Source: the human T2T-CHM13v2.0 reference genome, Homo sapiens. From it: a stretch of DNA of 64,000 bases. Where the stretch lies: the NCBI RefSeq assembly GCF_009914755.1, contig NC_060931.1; one strand, given 5' to 3'. A model generated the notes under the pieces. It saw nothing but the letters and a program-made list of their open reading frames with translations. It was not told the DNA's origin and searched no databases. Below, piece by piece: positions 40,401 through 54,165 of this stretch; the first letter of the stretch is position 1, and each line of letters opens with the position of its first letter. Position numbers and translations under genes: made by a program.

Positions 40401-41155
40401 GGGTCAGACTCCACCCCAAGTCCACACCATTCTGGGAGGGAACGGAATGCCAATCTAAGGTGCCAGGGAGAAGTGTTTGAAGTTTGTACAGCAGGGGAAA
40501 GACATCGATTTGAATACTTTTTCCCTTAGTATGTTTTTGCAAACCTATTTTGGGGTATTGTAAAAAGATTCTGTGCTTATATGAATTTGGGAATAAACAG
40601 GTGCTTGCTGTAAGGCTTCTTAGGGCCCTTAATATGCTTTGTGACTGTAGGAGGGGATATGTTGTGTCATCTCCAAACGTATTTGACCATGAGATCTATT
40701 TGAATACAAACCTAATGCACCTCTTTGGATTTCCTTGGCTTCCTCCTCCTTGCCTGGCGTTCCCTGTCTAGTTTCACGTGAAACCCCATCCCTTCAAGCC
40801 CCACATGACCCTTCATTCTGGACCTTATTCTGATTGAGCTTTCGCTTCGTTTCTGGACTTGGATAAAATGCTGCAAACAGGGTTGCTAAGCGGCCACCAA
40901 GGGCTGCCTGGCCCCACCTGAAGTCCCCTGTGGGGCCGCTCCTTGAGAGTTGAACCTTTATCAATGGGAACCAGGAAGGATCCTGGCCAGGTGCTTTCCC
41001 ATTCTTTGTTGTTCCACGGACTGCTCCAAGGTATGCTGGCTTCTGAGAGAACTTTCCAGAGAAGTCGCACGTGCTTGGGCGTGTCCGCTGAGTGAGCTGG
41101 TGTGTTTTTGGGTCTGTGCCCTTGCTGAAATTGGGGTGACCCATGACTTCACGTT

Positions 41156-41450
<295 letters not shown>

Positions 41451-42842
41451 AACTTCACGTTTTGAGTGATCCACTGCCTCACATTTTTCCTTGCTTCCTG
41501 TGCCTGTTTCCCTACATCCTGCTGCCCTAGTTTTGTACTTCCGAAATAAAACATCAGCATGTAATCCTTGCCTCAGCCTCTGCTTTCCAGAGGACCTGAG
41601 CAAAGATAGACTCTGACTGAGTGCTAGAGACGGGTGTTTCACAGACTCACTTTGGAAAATGGCTACGTAGGCTGAACTCAGACATTGAGCTTTAAGAGTG
41701 GCTGGTTTTGTAATAGACCAGACAAGAAATAAAATAAGGAGAGGAAACAGGTAGTTGATGAAGTGAATCAGAACTTGTAATAAAGCTAGAGTAATGGATT
41801 TAAGAGTAGGTCTCATAGAGATAATTGATGAAAGAATGAGCGTATAGGCTGCATAAGTTGAGGGGATAGGTAGAAAAAAGAGATGACAACATTAAGCATG
41901 GAAAGAGAGAGAAGGAGGCGCTCTTGATAAAGGACTGATGGTAGCTGGAGGAGTGGAGTGCCAGGGCACAAAGCTGCAAGAGCCCTGAAGAGGAAGAGGA
42001 AGAGGGTCATGAAGAAGGAAATTGATCAGGGTCCTGGATTCCTGAGGTACATGGTCAGTGGTAACAGAGAACAGAGGGGGCATACAGCAGGTGTGCTGAG
42101 GTGGCTCTGAGAGACGGGAGTTTGGTAGGGGAGGGAAGAAGGGTGGTTGCTAGACAGTACATCAGGATTGAGCACAGCATAAGAGATGAAACGGGGGAGA
42201 AATCTAAAGACAGGTGTGCCACTTTTGCCTCTAAACATGTGGTATAATTTTTGTCAGCGAGGAAATAAATCTGTTTCTCTTTTCCATTTTCCAAGAAGGG
42301 AGGGAAAGAGATTAGAAGTAAGACTGACATCTCAGGGCCTCTACCATTTCTTTGTTGCTAAAGGAGACACAGTATGTGGCTCTTTGTTTCAGCAAAACAC
42401 TAATCAGCTTTCGGATATGCAAATATGGGCTGCAGAGCTGATTGAGTGGAAGAGAGCTACATTGCTGTGCTAAGTAAAGGAAGAGGAATTGCCTTTGATG
42501 GTGGGGCTGGCCCAGGAGAGAAGCAGGGAGGTGTGTAGAGTCGCTGGGGGAGAGAGCGCTGAGGGCTTCACCATTGCCTAACTCTCAGTGAAGTGTGCCA
42601 CACCCAGAGGTGCCTTGGGTGAGTGTCTTGGTGGAAAGGAAGAGAGGTAGGATTTAAGTCATACAAAATGGGCTAAGTTACTGGGTCAACATAGACCTCC
42701 GAAAGAGCCCGCCCTAGGCCAGGAGTCATGAGTGGGAGGAAGTGCACCCAGTGGAGGTGACCTTGAGAATGTGTTTCTTAGGAATTCACAGCAAATTGAG
42801 GAGGGCTCGAGACCCCCCATGATATATAGAAATAGAGGACAG

Positions 42843-43199
<357 letters not shown>

Positions 43200-43693
43200 T
43201 TAACTGTCATCTGGGTATCATGTGGGATGTCTTTATGTTTTGGGGGCAAGGGGAAAGCACTCACTGAAGACAGAAGCTGCCACTTGAGCAGGGAGGTGAC
43301 ATGTGCTGGAGCTGTTGTGAGAGCCAGCGTATTAAGGGTTCTGTAAGAGATTTTTTTGGTAAGCGTTGAGAGTGCATACAGAGTGAGCAGGCATTGTGGT
43401 GAAGCAGACAGCATAGTGCTAACTTGAGGTGGAGGAGGAGGAGGAAGGACCCTGGGCACAGTGCAGACATCTGGGCTTTGGGCTGAGGCCCTGTCAGAGA
43501 GTGATTCTTGGGCATGTGTGAAAACCTTTGTTGAAAGGGTCCAGAAACAATGGGTAAGTCCTAACAGAACTCTGCTGTGGACCTAGGGAAAAGGAAAGAA
43601 CTAAGAATTTAGCGGTCAATTTGAGGCCAAAGACAGAGGAGAAATTGAGGGTCAGAGGGGATTTAGAGTTTGAGATTTTAAACATTTGCTGTT

Positions 43694-44190
43694 TGTATTA
43701 GTCAAGATTCTCCAGAGAAACAGAACGTGTGTGTGTGTGTGTGTGTGTGTCTAAAGAGATTTATTAGAAGGTGTTGGCTTACGTGATTATGGAGGCTGAG
43801 AAGGCCCATGATCTATCAGCTGCAAAGTGGAGACCCAGGCAAGCTGGTGGTGTAGTTCAGGAGTGTTAGAGCCAGAGAGCCAAGGGTACAGGTTCCAGTA
43901 TGAGTCTAAAGGCCTAAGAACCAGGAGTGCCAAGTACAGGAGAAGATTGATGTCCCCGACTGAGCTGTCAAGAAGAGAGAAGGCAGTGTGAATCCAACTT
44001 TCCTCCGCTTTTTCAGCCCCCAATGGACTGGACGATCCCTACCTACATCGGGGATGGCCGTCTGTTTTACTCAGTTCACCAATTCAGATGCTGATCTTCT
44101 CCGGAAATACCTTCACAGACACACCCAGGAATGATGTTTAATTAAGTATCTGGGCACCCCGTGGCCCACTCAAGTTGACAAAAGTACACT
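43694..44190 (-). mobile_element. MLT2 (ERVL) LTR containing (GT)12 at 43727-43750
   Basis: tgtattagtcaagattctccagagaaacagaac...gattatggaggctgagaag...ggcccactcaagttgaca. Confidence 0.85.
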
Positions 44191-45547
44191 GCCCCTTGGC
44201 CTTTCCTGAGTGTTATCTAGCTTTCCATGGGTAGACATCAGCTCTCCACATCTAAATTGTAAGCTGCTCCAGGGCAGGGGCCAGATCTTCTCCTGTGTGT
44301 TCTCAGTAGCTGACACAATTGCCTTCCATGTACTAAATGTTCAGTAAACATGTGTTGGATGGTTCATTGATCCAATAGACTTATGTCTATGCCAATACAG
44401 GCTTGCTCTTGAAAAGCTGCGGGTAAATCAATTCTTTGTAAATTGAATCTTATTTCAAATGTAGTAGGGATGTTCAGCATTTCAAGGAATCCTAGGTCAA
44501 TCTTTGGTGGATCTACGAGCCCTGTATTCTGCCATTCTCGTTTTACAGGTAAGGGAGCTGAGTTACAGAGAAATTAAGTGACTTATTACAATCTGATTTG
44601 TCAGTCAAATATAAGGTTTCTTCAAGCAAAGCATACCTGTTACTTAGGTCAAGAGGGATTTGGTGAAAAGCCTAGCTATGAAATTTATAACATCAGATTA
44701 ATAACGTTATATTTTCAGAAGCATTTATTTTTAGTCTGCAGATATTTATTAAGTTTGTTTACAACAGTCTTTTAGTTGTATACTAATGAGTAAAGGCTAT
44801 GCTAAATTGTGTTGCAGTTTATGTCAGATTAGAAACAAAAAACAACAGACACAAAGTTTCTGGTTCAGAAAATTCACCTCTGAAAGCCCCCAGCTCGAAG
44901 TGTTTAGTTTTTCTTCTGTGAGGTGTGAGAGGATGTTGAATGTGCTGGACAGGTGCCAGGTCCTGCGATCCTGCAGGGTGCGTTCCTAGATTCATTGTTG
45001 AGGTGATGAAAGTCTCTTCAGTCAGTGGCTTAATGTTAAGTGTGAGAAAGATGTTGGAAAAGATTTAGGGAGACCTTTTGGGCACCTCACTGATGGAATT
45101 ATTTTAAATTGAGCAGGTTTTATCAACATCTGTATTGGGTTGATTTAGTTTCTCCTTGCTATCAGTTCTAGAATAAAATAGTTTATTATATGTGAGAAAA
45201 TTGATAAAAGTGTAAAGCTACTTTGCATCACTACTTTGGATGATCCAAATAAAGGAAATAAAAGAATCAAAGCATTGGATTTACTCTGCTTTCCTTTCTC
45301 TTCATAGTCATTTTTATGTGTTTTGGCTTATCAAAAATGAGATCAAAGTTGTTATATACTACAAAAGAAGCTGCTTTTTTATTTAGGATTTTAGTATCTT
45401 GACATGGAGCAGTGAATCAGATGTGGGGACAGGAGATAATTTGTATTCATATTAGATCAATATTAGCTAACAGCTGTTTTACGGACATCAAGTCAATTCT
45501 GCAACTCAGCAGGGAGAAATTATTACCCCCTTTTTAGAGATTTGGAA

Positions 45548-45813
45548 ACTGACTTCACAGTTAATGTGGGCCTTTTGACGTCAGTACTGATCTCACAGTT
45601 GGCGTGGAGCTTTTGACGTTGGTACTGATCTCACAGTTGGTGCGGACTCTTTGATGTCAGTACTGATCTCACAGGTGGTGTTGGCCTTTTGACGTCAGTA
45701 CTGGTCTCACAGTTGGCGTGGGCCTGTTGACGTCAGTACTGATCTCCCAGTTGTCATGGGCCTTTTGACATCAGTACTTATTTCACAGGTGGTGTGGGTC
45801 TTTTGATGTCAGT
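45548..45813. repeat. 38-bp tandem array, ~7 units, each with a CRE palindrome or near variant
   Basis: Consensus ggcgtgggccttttgacgtcagtactgatctcacagtt; CRE-position octamers at exact 38-bp spacing (45576, 45614, 45652, 45690, 45728, 45766, 45804). Confidence 0.97.
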
Positions 45814-45920
45814 GCACAGACTCTTCCTGTGCACCAGCACCACCTCCATGGCGCCTCCCCATGTCTTTTAGGTTTTGCGTATATTACTATTGGCTGCTGT
45901 GAGCACCATTTTTGGAAGTA

Positions 45921-46266
45921 CATTTTCATATTGCATGAAGAAATACCTGAGACTGGGTAATTTATAAAGAAAAGAAGTTTAATGGACTCATAGTTCCACA
46001 TGGCTGGGGAGGCCTCACAATCATGGTGGAAGGCAAAGGAGGAGTACAGACACGTCTTAAATGGAGGCAGGCAAGAGAGCATGTGCAGAGGAACTGCCCT
46101 TTATAAAACCATCAGATCTTTGAGGACTCACTGTCATGAGAACAGCATGGGAAAAAACCACCCCCATGATTCGATTGCCTCCCACTGGGTCCCTCATGAC
46201 ACATGGGGATTATGGGAGCTGCAATTCAAGATGAGATTTGGGTGGGGACACAGACAAACCATATCA
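45921..46266 (-). mobile_element. THE1 (THE1C-like) MaLR LTR
   Basis: gaaatacctgagactgggtaatttataaagaaaaga...ggggaggcctcacaatcatgg...gagatttgggtggggacacagacaaaccatatca. Confidence 0.92.
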
Positions 46267-47203
46267 GAAGACAGTTATAATATTTGCATAATACCCAGAC
46301 TGTGAGGAATAAGCCAAGTAATAAGCAATAACAGATGGAATATTGAGGTTATGCAGAGTCTGTGCTGTGCATGTCACAGCCTGCACTTGACCTGAGTCAT
46401 GTGCTTCCTGAGCTCTTTACAGGGTGCTAGGCCAGGATATACGTGAGAGTTACAGTGATTGGAAAATTAGTTTTCCTATTAGTGTAAATACGTATGTGTT
46501 AGGGGATAGATGATACACTATTACAGACTTATAAAATGGAAAACTAAAATTGGAATGTAAAGCTTATAGCAGGTAGCCTCAGGCTGTGCTCCCAAACCTT
46601 TGGGTTCAGTTTCTTTATGTTTCTTCAGTTTTCTGTTACGGATACTGGAGCAGAAGTTGAATTTTAGTGGATTTGATGTAAAGAAATGGGTATATTTCAA
46701 CTTTCACCTCCTTTCCTGTTCCTTTTTTTTTTTTTTTTTTTTTTTTGCTTTGAAGTGTGAATGAATAATACTATAGACAAAATACAATAGCAAAGACAAA
46801 TTATGGATAAATTGGAAAATCAAACTCTGCAGAACAAAGATTTTTTAGTTTTACATCATGTAACAAATTTAATGACAAACTATACCAACAAGTGAATTGA
46901 CGATTTAAGATATTTCATTTAGCTTCCAAAATGTGAATGCTAATAAGTTTGAAATCACTAAATCACAGTAATTCCTTGCATTGGGCAACAGAAATCTATT
47001 AATTAAAATGAAAAGTCTAAAGATATTTTGGGGAAGATTGCAAATTTCAAATAACTGTATGTGGTATCCTCCAGTTCCTTTTAATAGTCTCATCCTTAGC
47101 TGCGCATTTACTTCACAAGGGAAACCTTAAAAATACTGATACCAGAGCCTCACTGCTGGACCTTTAGATTTAATGGGTCTGCAGTGAGGGCTGAGTATAG
47201 CAC

Positions 47204-47423
47204 TTTTTTTTTTTTTTTTTTTTTAAGGCCTGGTCTTGCTCTGTCCCCCAGGCTGGAGTGCAGTGGCATGATCGTAGATTACTGTGGCCTTGACCTCCCA
47301 GGCTCAAGCGATCCTCCTGCCTCAGCCTCCCAAGTAGCTGAGACTACTGGCATGTGCCACCACACGTGGCTAATTTTTGTATTTTTTGCAGACATGGAGT
47401 TTTGCCATGTTGCCCAGGCTGGT
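47204..47423 (-). mobile_element. 5'-truncated AluJ inserted in a MER5-like element (~47100-47480)
   Basis: T-tail plus right arm and partial left arm; flanks aaaatactgatacc...tttaatgggtctgcagtgaggg and tttaaaaaactccccaggagatcctaatgtgca. Confidence 0.85.
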
Positions 47424-50359
47424 AGAGCATTTTAAAAAACTCCCCAGGAGATCCTAATGTGCAAAGTTAAGAACAACGGTTTATATGATAATCATTCTTT
47501 AATCATATTATTTGTTTAAAGGTAGATTCCTGTATTTTAACATTTTAACTTTAAGGTTGTGATACTCTGATGAAGGCAGCTCCTATCAACCTGTAGGCAG
47601 TTCAAGGTGTTAACCTTTATCTTTAATGTTTTTATGTGTCAGATGGCAGTTAGTATAAGGATTACCTTTTTCCTTTTGCAGTGTCATAATACTGAGTGCC
47701 AGGACCTAAGTTTTTGAAACCTCCCAGTAGCCCCTTTTTAAACTGCTCTGAGCCTGCAGGGCACAGCATGACCTAGCTGTTAATTTAGTACTTTCATCTG
47801 ATTGACCTGGGAAGGATCACTGGCCGCCTAGGGGAGACCTTCCCATTATTAATTCCTGCCTGGATGTCCTTTATGTGTCTGCACAGAGGTTTCGGCTTTG
47901 GCCACGTTGTGAAAGTCATAAAATTAAAGAAATATTTTGCACTGGCTGTTCACATTGACATTCAGAAAAACAAATTGCAGTAATCACTGGGGCCTCTTCC
48001 TTTGAAAGAACATGCGACCAGTGCCTTTTTAGTTTATATCTTGGTAGATTTGCAGTGGGTCTGCTGTACGTTGATGGGTGGGAAGTGTTAATGATCACTG
48101 TGGGCCCATGGCCGCTGGAAGCTATTTGTATTCTTTGCACTCGTGTGGGGCATGTGTGTATATGTGCAGAGGTGTTCATATATTGCTTTTGTTTGCATTT
48201 TAAACATGAAGCTCATTTTTAAAGTACTTGCAAAATTTATCCAATGGGAGGCAAACCTTTAAATTAGTGATTCTCAAACTTTGAGTGCATAAGGATCAGA
48301 TACAGGGAACCTGGGGTGGTGTCTGAAGTTTGAGAGGACTGGGGTCAATAAATTTCCACAAAAGGTGACTTCTCTTAGATGCCCGGATACAGATGACAAA
48401 CAAGGCTACAGATAGTTCTATACAGAAACAAATGAATATATTTTTACCATTTGTGGAAATTACAGTTTTGAAACTGGGAAGCCCTTTGTATCACTATCAG
48501 CTCTATTTTTGGAAGTAATGGAGGAAGTATTTCAACCTGATTACTGCCTGTGGAGTGAGGAATTTCTTAGTGTTTGACTGACCTCCTGCTGATACTTTAT
48601 TTCTTTAGAGCTCCTCAAGTCATTATAAGAATCACCCAACAGTGTGAAATCAAAATGATTTCTTACTATAAAATGTCAGCTATCTATCGTAAAAGATTAT
48701 GTGCCATTTAAAAATATAATTGCCGTTTCTCCCCTCTCCCCCACCTTACATTCAGATGTTCCAGAATAACAGAATCCCTGCAAAATGAGAAGGAATCCCT
48801 GCAAAATGCAAGGATCTAGCCTGTGCAAATTTCAGAAACCGCCTTCTACTTTAAGTCTTTTAATAGTCCAGATAATTATCACTCTGCTCACTGCCCTTTT
48901 CTTTCTCTCTACCTCCTCGTCATTCTTGCGACATTTTAATGATGCTGTTTGTGTATTGCTGCTGATGAATTCTGCCCAGTGAAGGTTATTTATTTATTTT
49001 TCCCTGAGCTGGATTTTACCCTCTGTTTACTTATGTTGGTGTTCTGTTTCCTTTCCTAACTGCTACCAGACATTCGTTTCCATGCCTTTGTATAATGCAC
49101 AGCAGGCTGATGAAGCGTGGGGACTCGCGCTGTGGGAATCCTGCTTGGGTAAATGTCACCGCTTTATATAAAGAACTTTGCTCTATCGTAGCTCCAGAAT
49201 CTGCTCAGATTGCCACACCTTAACATATGATCTGATTATTAGGAAGTATATGTTTGTTGTGTTTTGAAACACTGATGGGTTTTTAATGCACTGCTGATTA
49301 ATATGTGAAAGTGAAAACCAGCCAGTGAATAACCTGGAGTCCTTGTCCTCTTGCCCTCTGCAGGCTTGCAGGGCATTGGGCAGCTGGGACTTGTACCTAG
49401 GACAAGATTACCCATCTGTGGAAACGCATTGCTGACACCTGGACAAAACGAGTGTTGCAAGTGGAAATCAGTGGAGATGCAGAAGAGAATTTTGCCTCTG
49501 TCCTGCTAATGGGGAACATATTTAACTTGGTGCAGTATCTGCAGTAAGCTAGTGTGTTAGGTACTATTTGAAGGAGTCTTACTCATCATCAAGTTAATTT
49601 CTTGACTTTAAGAACGTATTTATGCAGCAGCCCTTTTCTCAGCACCTCTGGACTTTTGAAAAGTGGCCTTTTGTCTTATTTCTACATAGAAGCACTGCCC
49701 CTGTGCTTCCCTTTCTGGTGTAGGGCGCATGGAGCACTGGGGACAAGGTGGGGCTGTTTCTCAAATCTCCTGCCCCCAGGTCTGGGGATAGTATGTGATG
49801 CACATGAGTTTCACCATGCATCAGCTGCCCCGTTCTCCAAACCTAGCTTTACTCAAAGACCTTGGTGGTTTGGAAGTGCTCAGCTCATCTTTGTATACTT
49901 CTACTTGTTTTGGAACATCATTCCTTTGAAGAAAACTTTGAAGACAGCTTCTCAAGATGTTTGTCTTTCCTATTGCCGTACTGCATTGACTAGCCTCAGC
50001 TAAGGACCTGGACTAAAAGATAGGCACCCATGCTTACTGGGGAACCTCTTGAGTCTTTAAGAATGTATATGCAAGCTTCAATCAACTGATGGATGATTCC
50101 CCTCCAATCTCCCTTCCCTTCCTCCTGCTCACTGGCCACTGGCGACACCCCCAAACAAAAAGCTGTGTATACGCAAGAGGGCATATGGCACAGTGGGTGA
50201 GAACGTAAGCTCTTGAGACAGGTTCCGGGTTCTGGCTTTGCCACTTCGCAGCTCTTTTCTCTTTCTGAACCCCTGTGTGCCCGTTTTCTCATTTGTAAAA
50301 GAATGAAGATAATAGCACTTACCATGCCTAGCATAAACTGTTGTTTCCTAAATATATCA

Positions 50360-51152
50360 TTTTAACAACTTTATTGATATATAATTTACAGCCATAGGGT
50401 TCACCATTTTAAAGTGTGTAATTCATGATTTTTAACATGTTTAGGGAGTTGTGCAACCATCATCATAATCTAATTTTAGAACATCCCCAAAAGAAACCAT
50501 GTACCTACTAGGAGTCACTCTCTATCTCCTCCTGCCTCTCTGCCCTGCTTCCCTATTTCCCAGGTAATCACTCACCTACTTTGTATAGATTTGCCTACTA
50601 GGGACATTTATATTAATGTAATCATACATAGACGGTTTTTGTCACTGACTTGTTTCACTCAACATAGTGTTTTCAAGGCTCATCCATGTTGCAACATGTG
50701 TCAACACCCAAATTCCTTTTTATTGCAGATTAATAAAGTGTGTGGATATACCACATATTGCTTATCCATTTATCAGTTGATAGACATTTGGATTGTTTCT
50801 GCTTTTTGGCTATCATGAATAATGCTGCTATGAGCATTGATAATACAAGTTTTTGTGTGGATGTATGTTTTCGTTTCTCTTGAGTATATACCTAAGGATG
50901 GAATTACTGGGTCGTATGGTAACTTGATACCTAACATTTTGAGAGACCGCCAAACCATTTCCATTTTACATTGCCGCCGGTCATGTATGAGGGTTCTGAT
51001 TTCTCCACATCCTTGCCAACACTTGTAATTGTTTGTCTTTTTGATTCTAGTCACTTTACTGGGTGGTTTGGGTGGGTTACCTCATTAATTGTGACTTTGA
51101 TTTTAATTTTCCCAGTGACTAATGACATTGAACATTTTTCCTGTGCTTATTA
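50360..51152 (-). mobile_element. L1MB-like 3' fragment
   Basis: ttttaacaactttattgatatataattt...caccattttaaagtgtg; ORF 50773-51054 resembles the ORF2 C-terminus (CWQGCGE...LPYDPVIPSLGIY). Confidence 0.85.
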
Positions 51153-51634
51153 GTCTAAATATACTATTGATTGTAAGAAAAATTGCTTACTGTTTTAGAG
51201 ATAATACTGATATAAGAACCATCAGTCCCTGCTTTCATTAGAGGGGCAAGAGTGAGGATAGTTTTAAAATCAAGCATACTTAAAGAATCATACCTGCATC
51301 TCATTAAAAGAAAATGTTATTTCTAGGTAAAGCTAAATCATCATTAATGTATAGGGTTTACTGTTTTTCTAGTAGGTTTATGTGTAGAGCACTCATTTTG
51401 TTTGGTTTAATCTCTAGTTGCTTTTATGTTTTAATTTAACAAAAATGGGTGATTGGAAAGATGGAAAATACCCTTGTTGCCACCACAGTGAGTTCCAATT
51501 TGTTTTCAGCAACGCGTAGAAGATTGAAGTCAGATGCAGCCAATTTTCTCCCGATTACTTTTTTTTTGAATCTTGCCTGAATAATGTGAGCTTTTTCAGC
51601 TAGCTAATTAACACTGTTTTTTTCTGCCATATTG

Positions 51635-51763
51635 GTGACTTTATGATATTTTGCTTGTAATTATATATATATTCATTTATATACTTCTACCCTATTCGTA
51701 ACTTTATGATATTTTGCTTGTAAAAAATTATATATAAATTCATTTATATACTTCTACCCTATT
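51635..51763. repeat. ~63-bp tandem duplication
   Basis: gt(g/a)actttatgatattttgcttgtaa...attcatttatatacttctaccctatt occurs twice in tandem. Confidence 0.95.
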
Positions 51764-52159
51764 TATTAAATGTCCCCTGCATGAAATATATATTAATAGC
51801 TACTGCATGGATTATCTTTGATTGCTTTTCTAATAACAGTTATCTGGACTTTGCTTGGTCTTGGGTAAGAGGCATATTTGTATGTATATTTTCTCACTTT
51901 TGAAACAGAAACATAAACTGTTGCCTCCGATATATTTAATAAAACTCACCAGCACTACTGATAATATTTAATTATGCAGTTATAATTCTATTCATTTTTA
52001 GTTTACATTCTGAATCTTAGGGGCAGTGAGGCAGAGTGACATGATCATGGAAGTATTTGTACCACAGGGGTTTGACCTTGACTCTGCCACTTCCTGCGTG
52101 ACTTTGAACTAGTCAAAGTTACCAGTTCAAAGTTAGACTTTGAACGAGTCTAATTGTTA

Positions 52160-52326
52160 GAGAATGGCATGAACCCGGGAGGCGGAGCTTGCAGTGAGCC
52201 CAGATAGTGCCACTGCACTCCAGCCTGGTCGACAGAGTTAAGACTTCATCTCAAAAAAAAAAAAAAAAAAAAAAAAAAAACAACAACAAAAAAGGAGGTT
52301 ACAGTCTGTTTATGTTGTCTAGTTAC
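52160..52326 (+). other. Local duplicate of AluY 3' end plus flank (copy of 53604-53750), inserted into a MIR
   Basis: Shares the non-consensus variants agcccagat and cctggtcgacagag, and the non-Alu flank gttacagtctgtttatgtt(g/a)tctagttac. Confidence 0.92.
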
Positions 52327-52509
52327 TAGTCAACACTAACCACTCTGGCTCGGTGTTTTAACCTGTCTAATGGGTATTTTTTTTTTTTTTTTAAGTCATA
52401 CCATCTACCTGATGCGGTCGTTGTGAGAACATTTCAGATAGTATTTATTAAAATATTTCCTCCTTGGTATGAAGTAGATGCTCAATAATTGTTAGGTAGC
52501 ACAGATTAA

Positions 52510-52602
52510 TTATCCTTTATCTAAAAATTCCAAATCTGAAATGCTCCAGTGAGCATTTCCTTTGTTGGTGCTCAAAAAGTTCCGCATTTTGGAGCGTTTC
52601 AG
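52510..52602. mobile_element. Tigger4/MER46-like fragment
   Basis: aaatctgaaatgctccagtgagcatttcctttg...gctcaaaaagttccgcattttggagcgtttcag. Confidence 0.65.
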
Positions 52603-53125
52603 TCTGTCGTTCCAGGGGTAGTAACAGAAGCTGTCATCTTGCTGGCTCTTCCATCTGGCTGGGTTGCATGAGAGTTAAACAGTAATAGGAGAAATGAAAT
52701 TTCAGTAATAGGCAGTCTCCTTAGCACAATAATTGGTACAAGAGAGTAAGTCTGACAGTGCCAGTGACCATCAGAACAGACCACAGTCATTGTGGTAAAG
52801 TTGCTCGAGGCAGTGACTGAGGAAAGTGTGTCTCCATTTCTGTAACAATGGGTAGATGTCTGCTCTAAGGATTTTTAATTGAGGTAAAATGTACAGAAAG
52901 CATGAAAAGAATTTCATAGATGTTAAGTGCATAAGCCGGTAAGTTTTGACAAACGCATGGACTTTGTGACCACCTCCTCACTCCAGATGAACGTCTCCAT
53001 CACCCCTGCAAGTTCCCTCAGGCCCTTCCAATTAATCTCCATCCCTGTAGGCAGTCGTTTTTCTGATTTCTTTTCAAATAGATAAATATTACCTGTGCTT
53101 GAATTTCATATGAAGGAAATCAAAA

Positions 53126-54165
<1,040 letters not shown>

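Noticed and set aside
39952-40542. 196-aa ORF (also 17096-17617 and 29622-30071)
   Set aside because: These overlap L2 remnants and show no recognisable domain or splice structure.
44541-44554. ttttacag|gtaagg apparent recursive splice site
   Set aside because: It is a point variant of the MIR core (attttacagatgaggaaactgag); common and unsupported.
45548-45813. CRISPR-like appearance of the 38-bp palindromic repeat
   Set aside because: Units are contiguous with no unique spacers, there are no cas genes, and the DNA is primate.
49108-49235. Possible C/D-box snoRNA (TGATGA...CTGA)
   Set aside because: Imperfect C box, no terminal stem and no recognisable rRNA guide.
52160-52326. Independent truncated AluY or Alu 3' transduction
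   Set aside because: No poly-A after the copied flank, private variants shared with the neighbouring Alu, and a complex filler junction.
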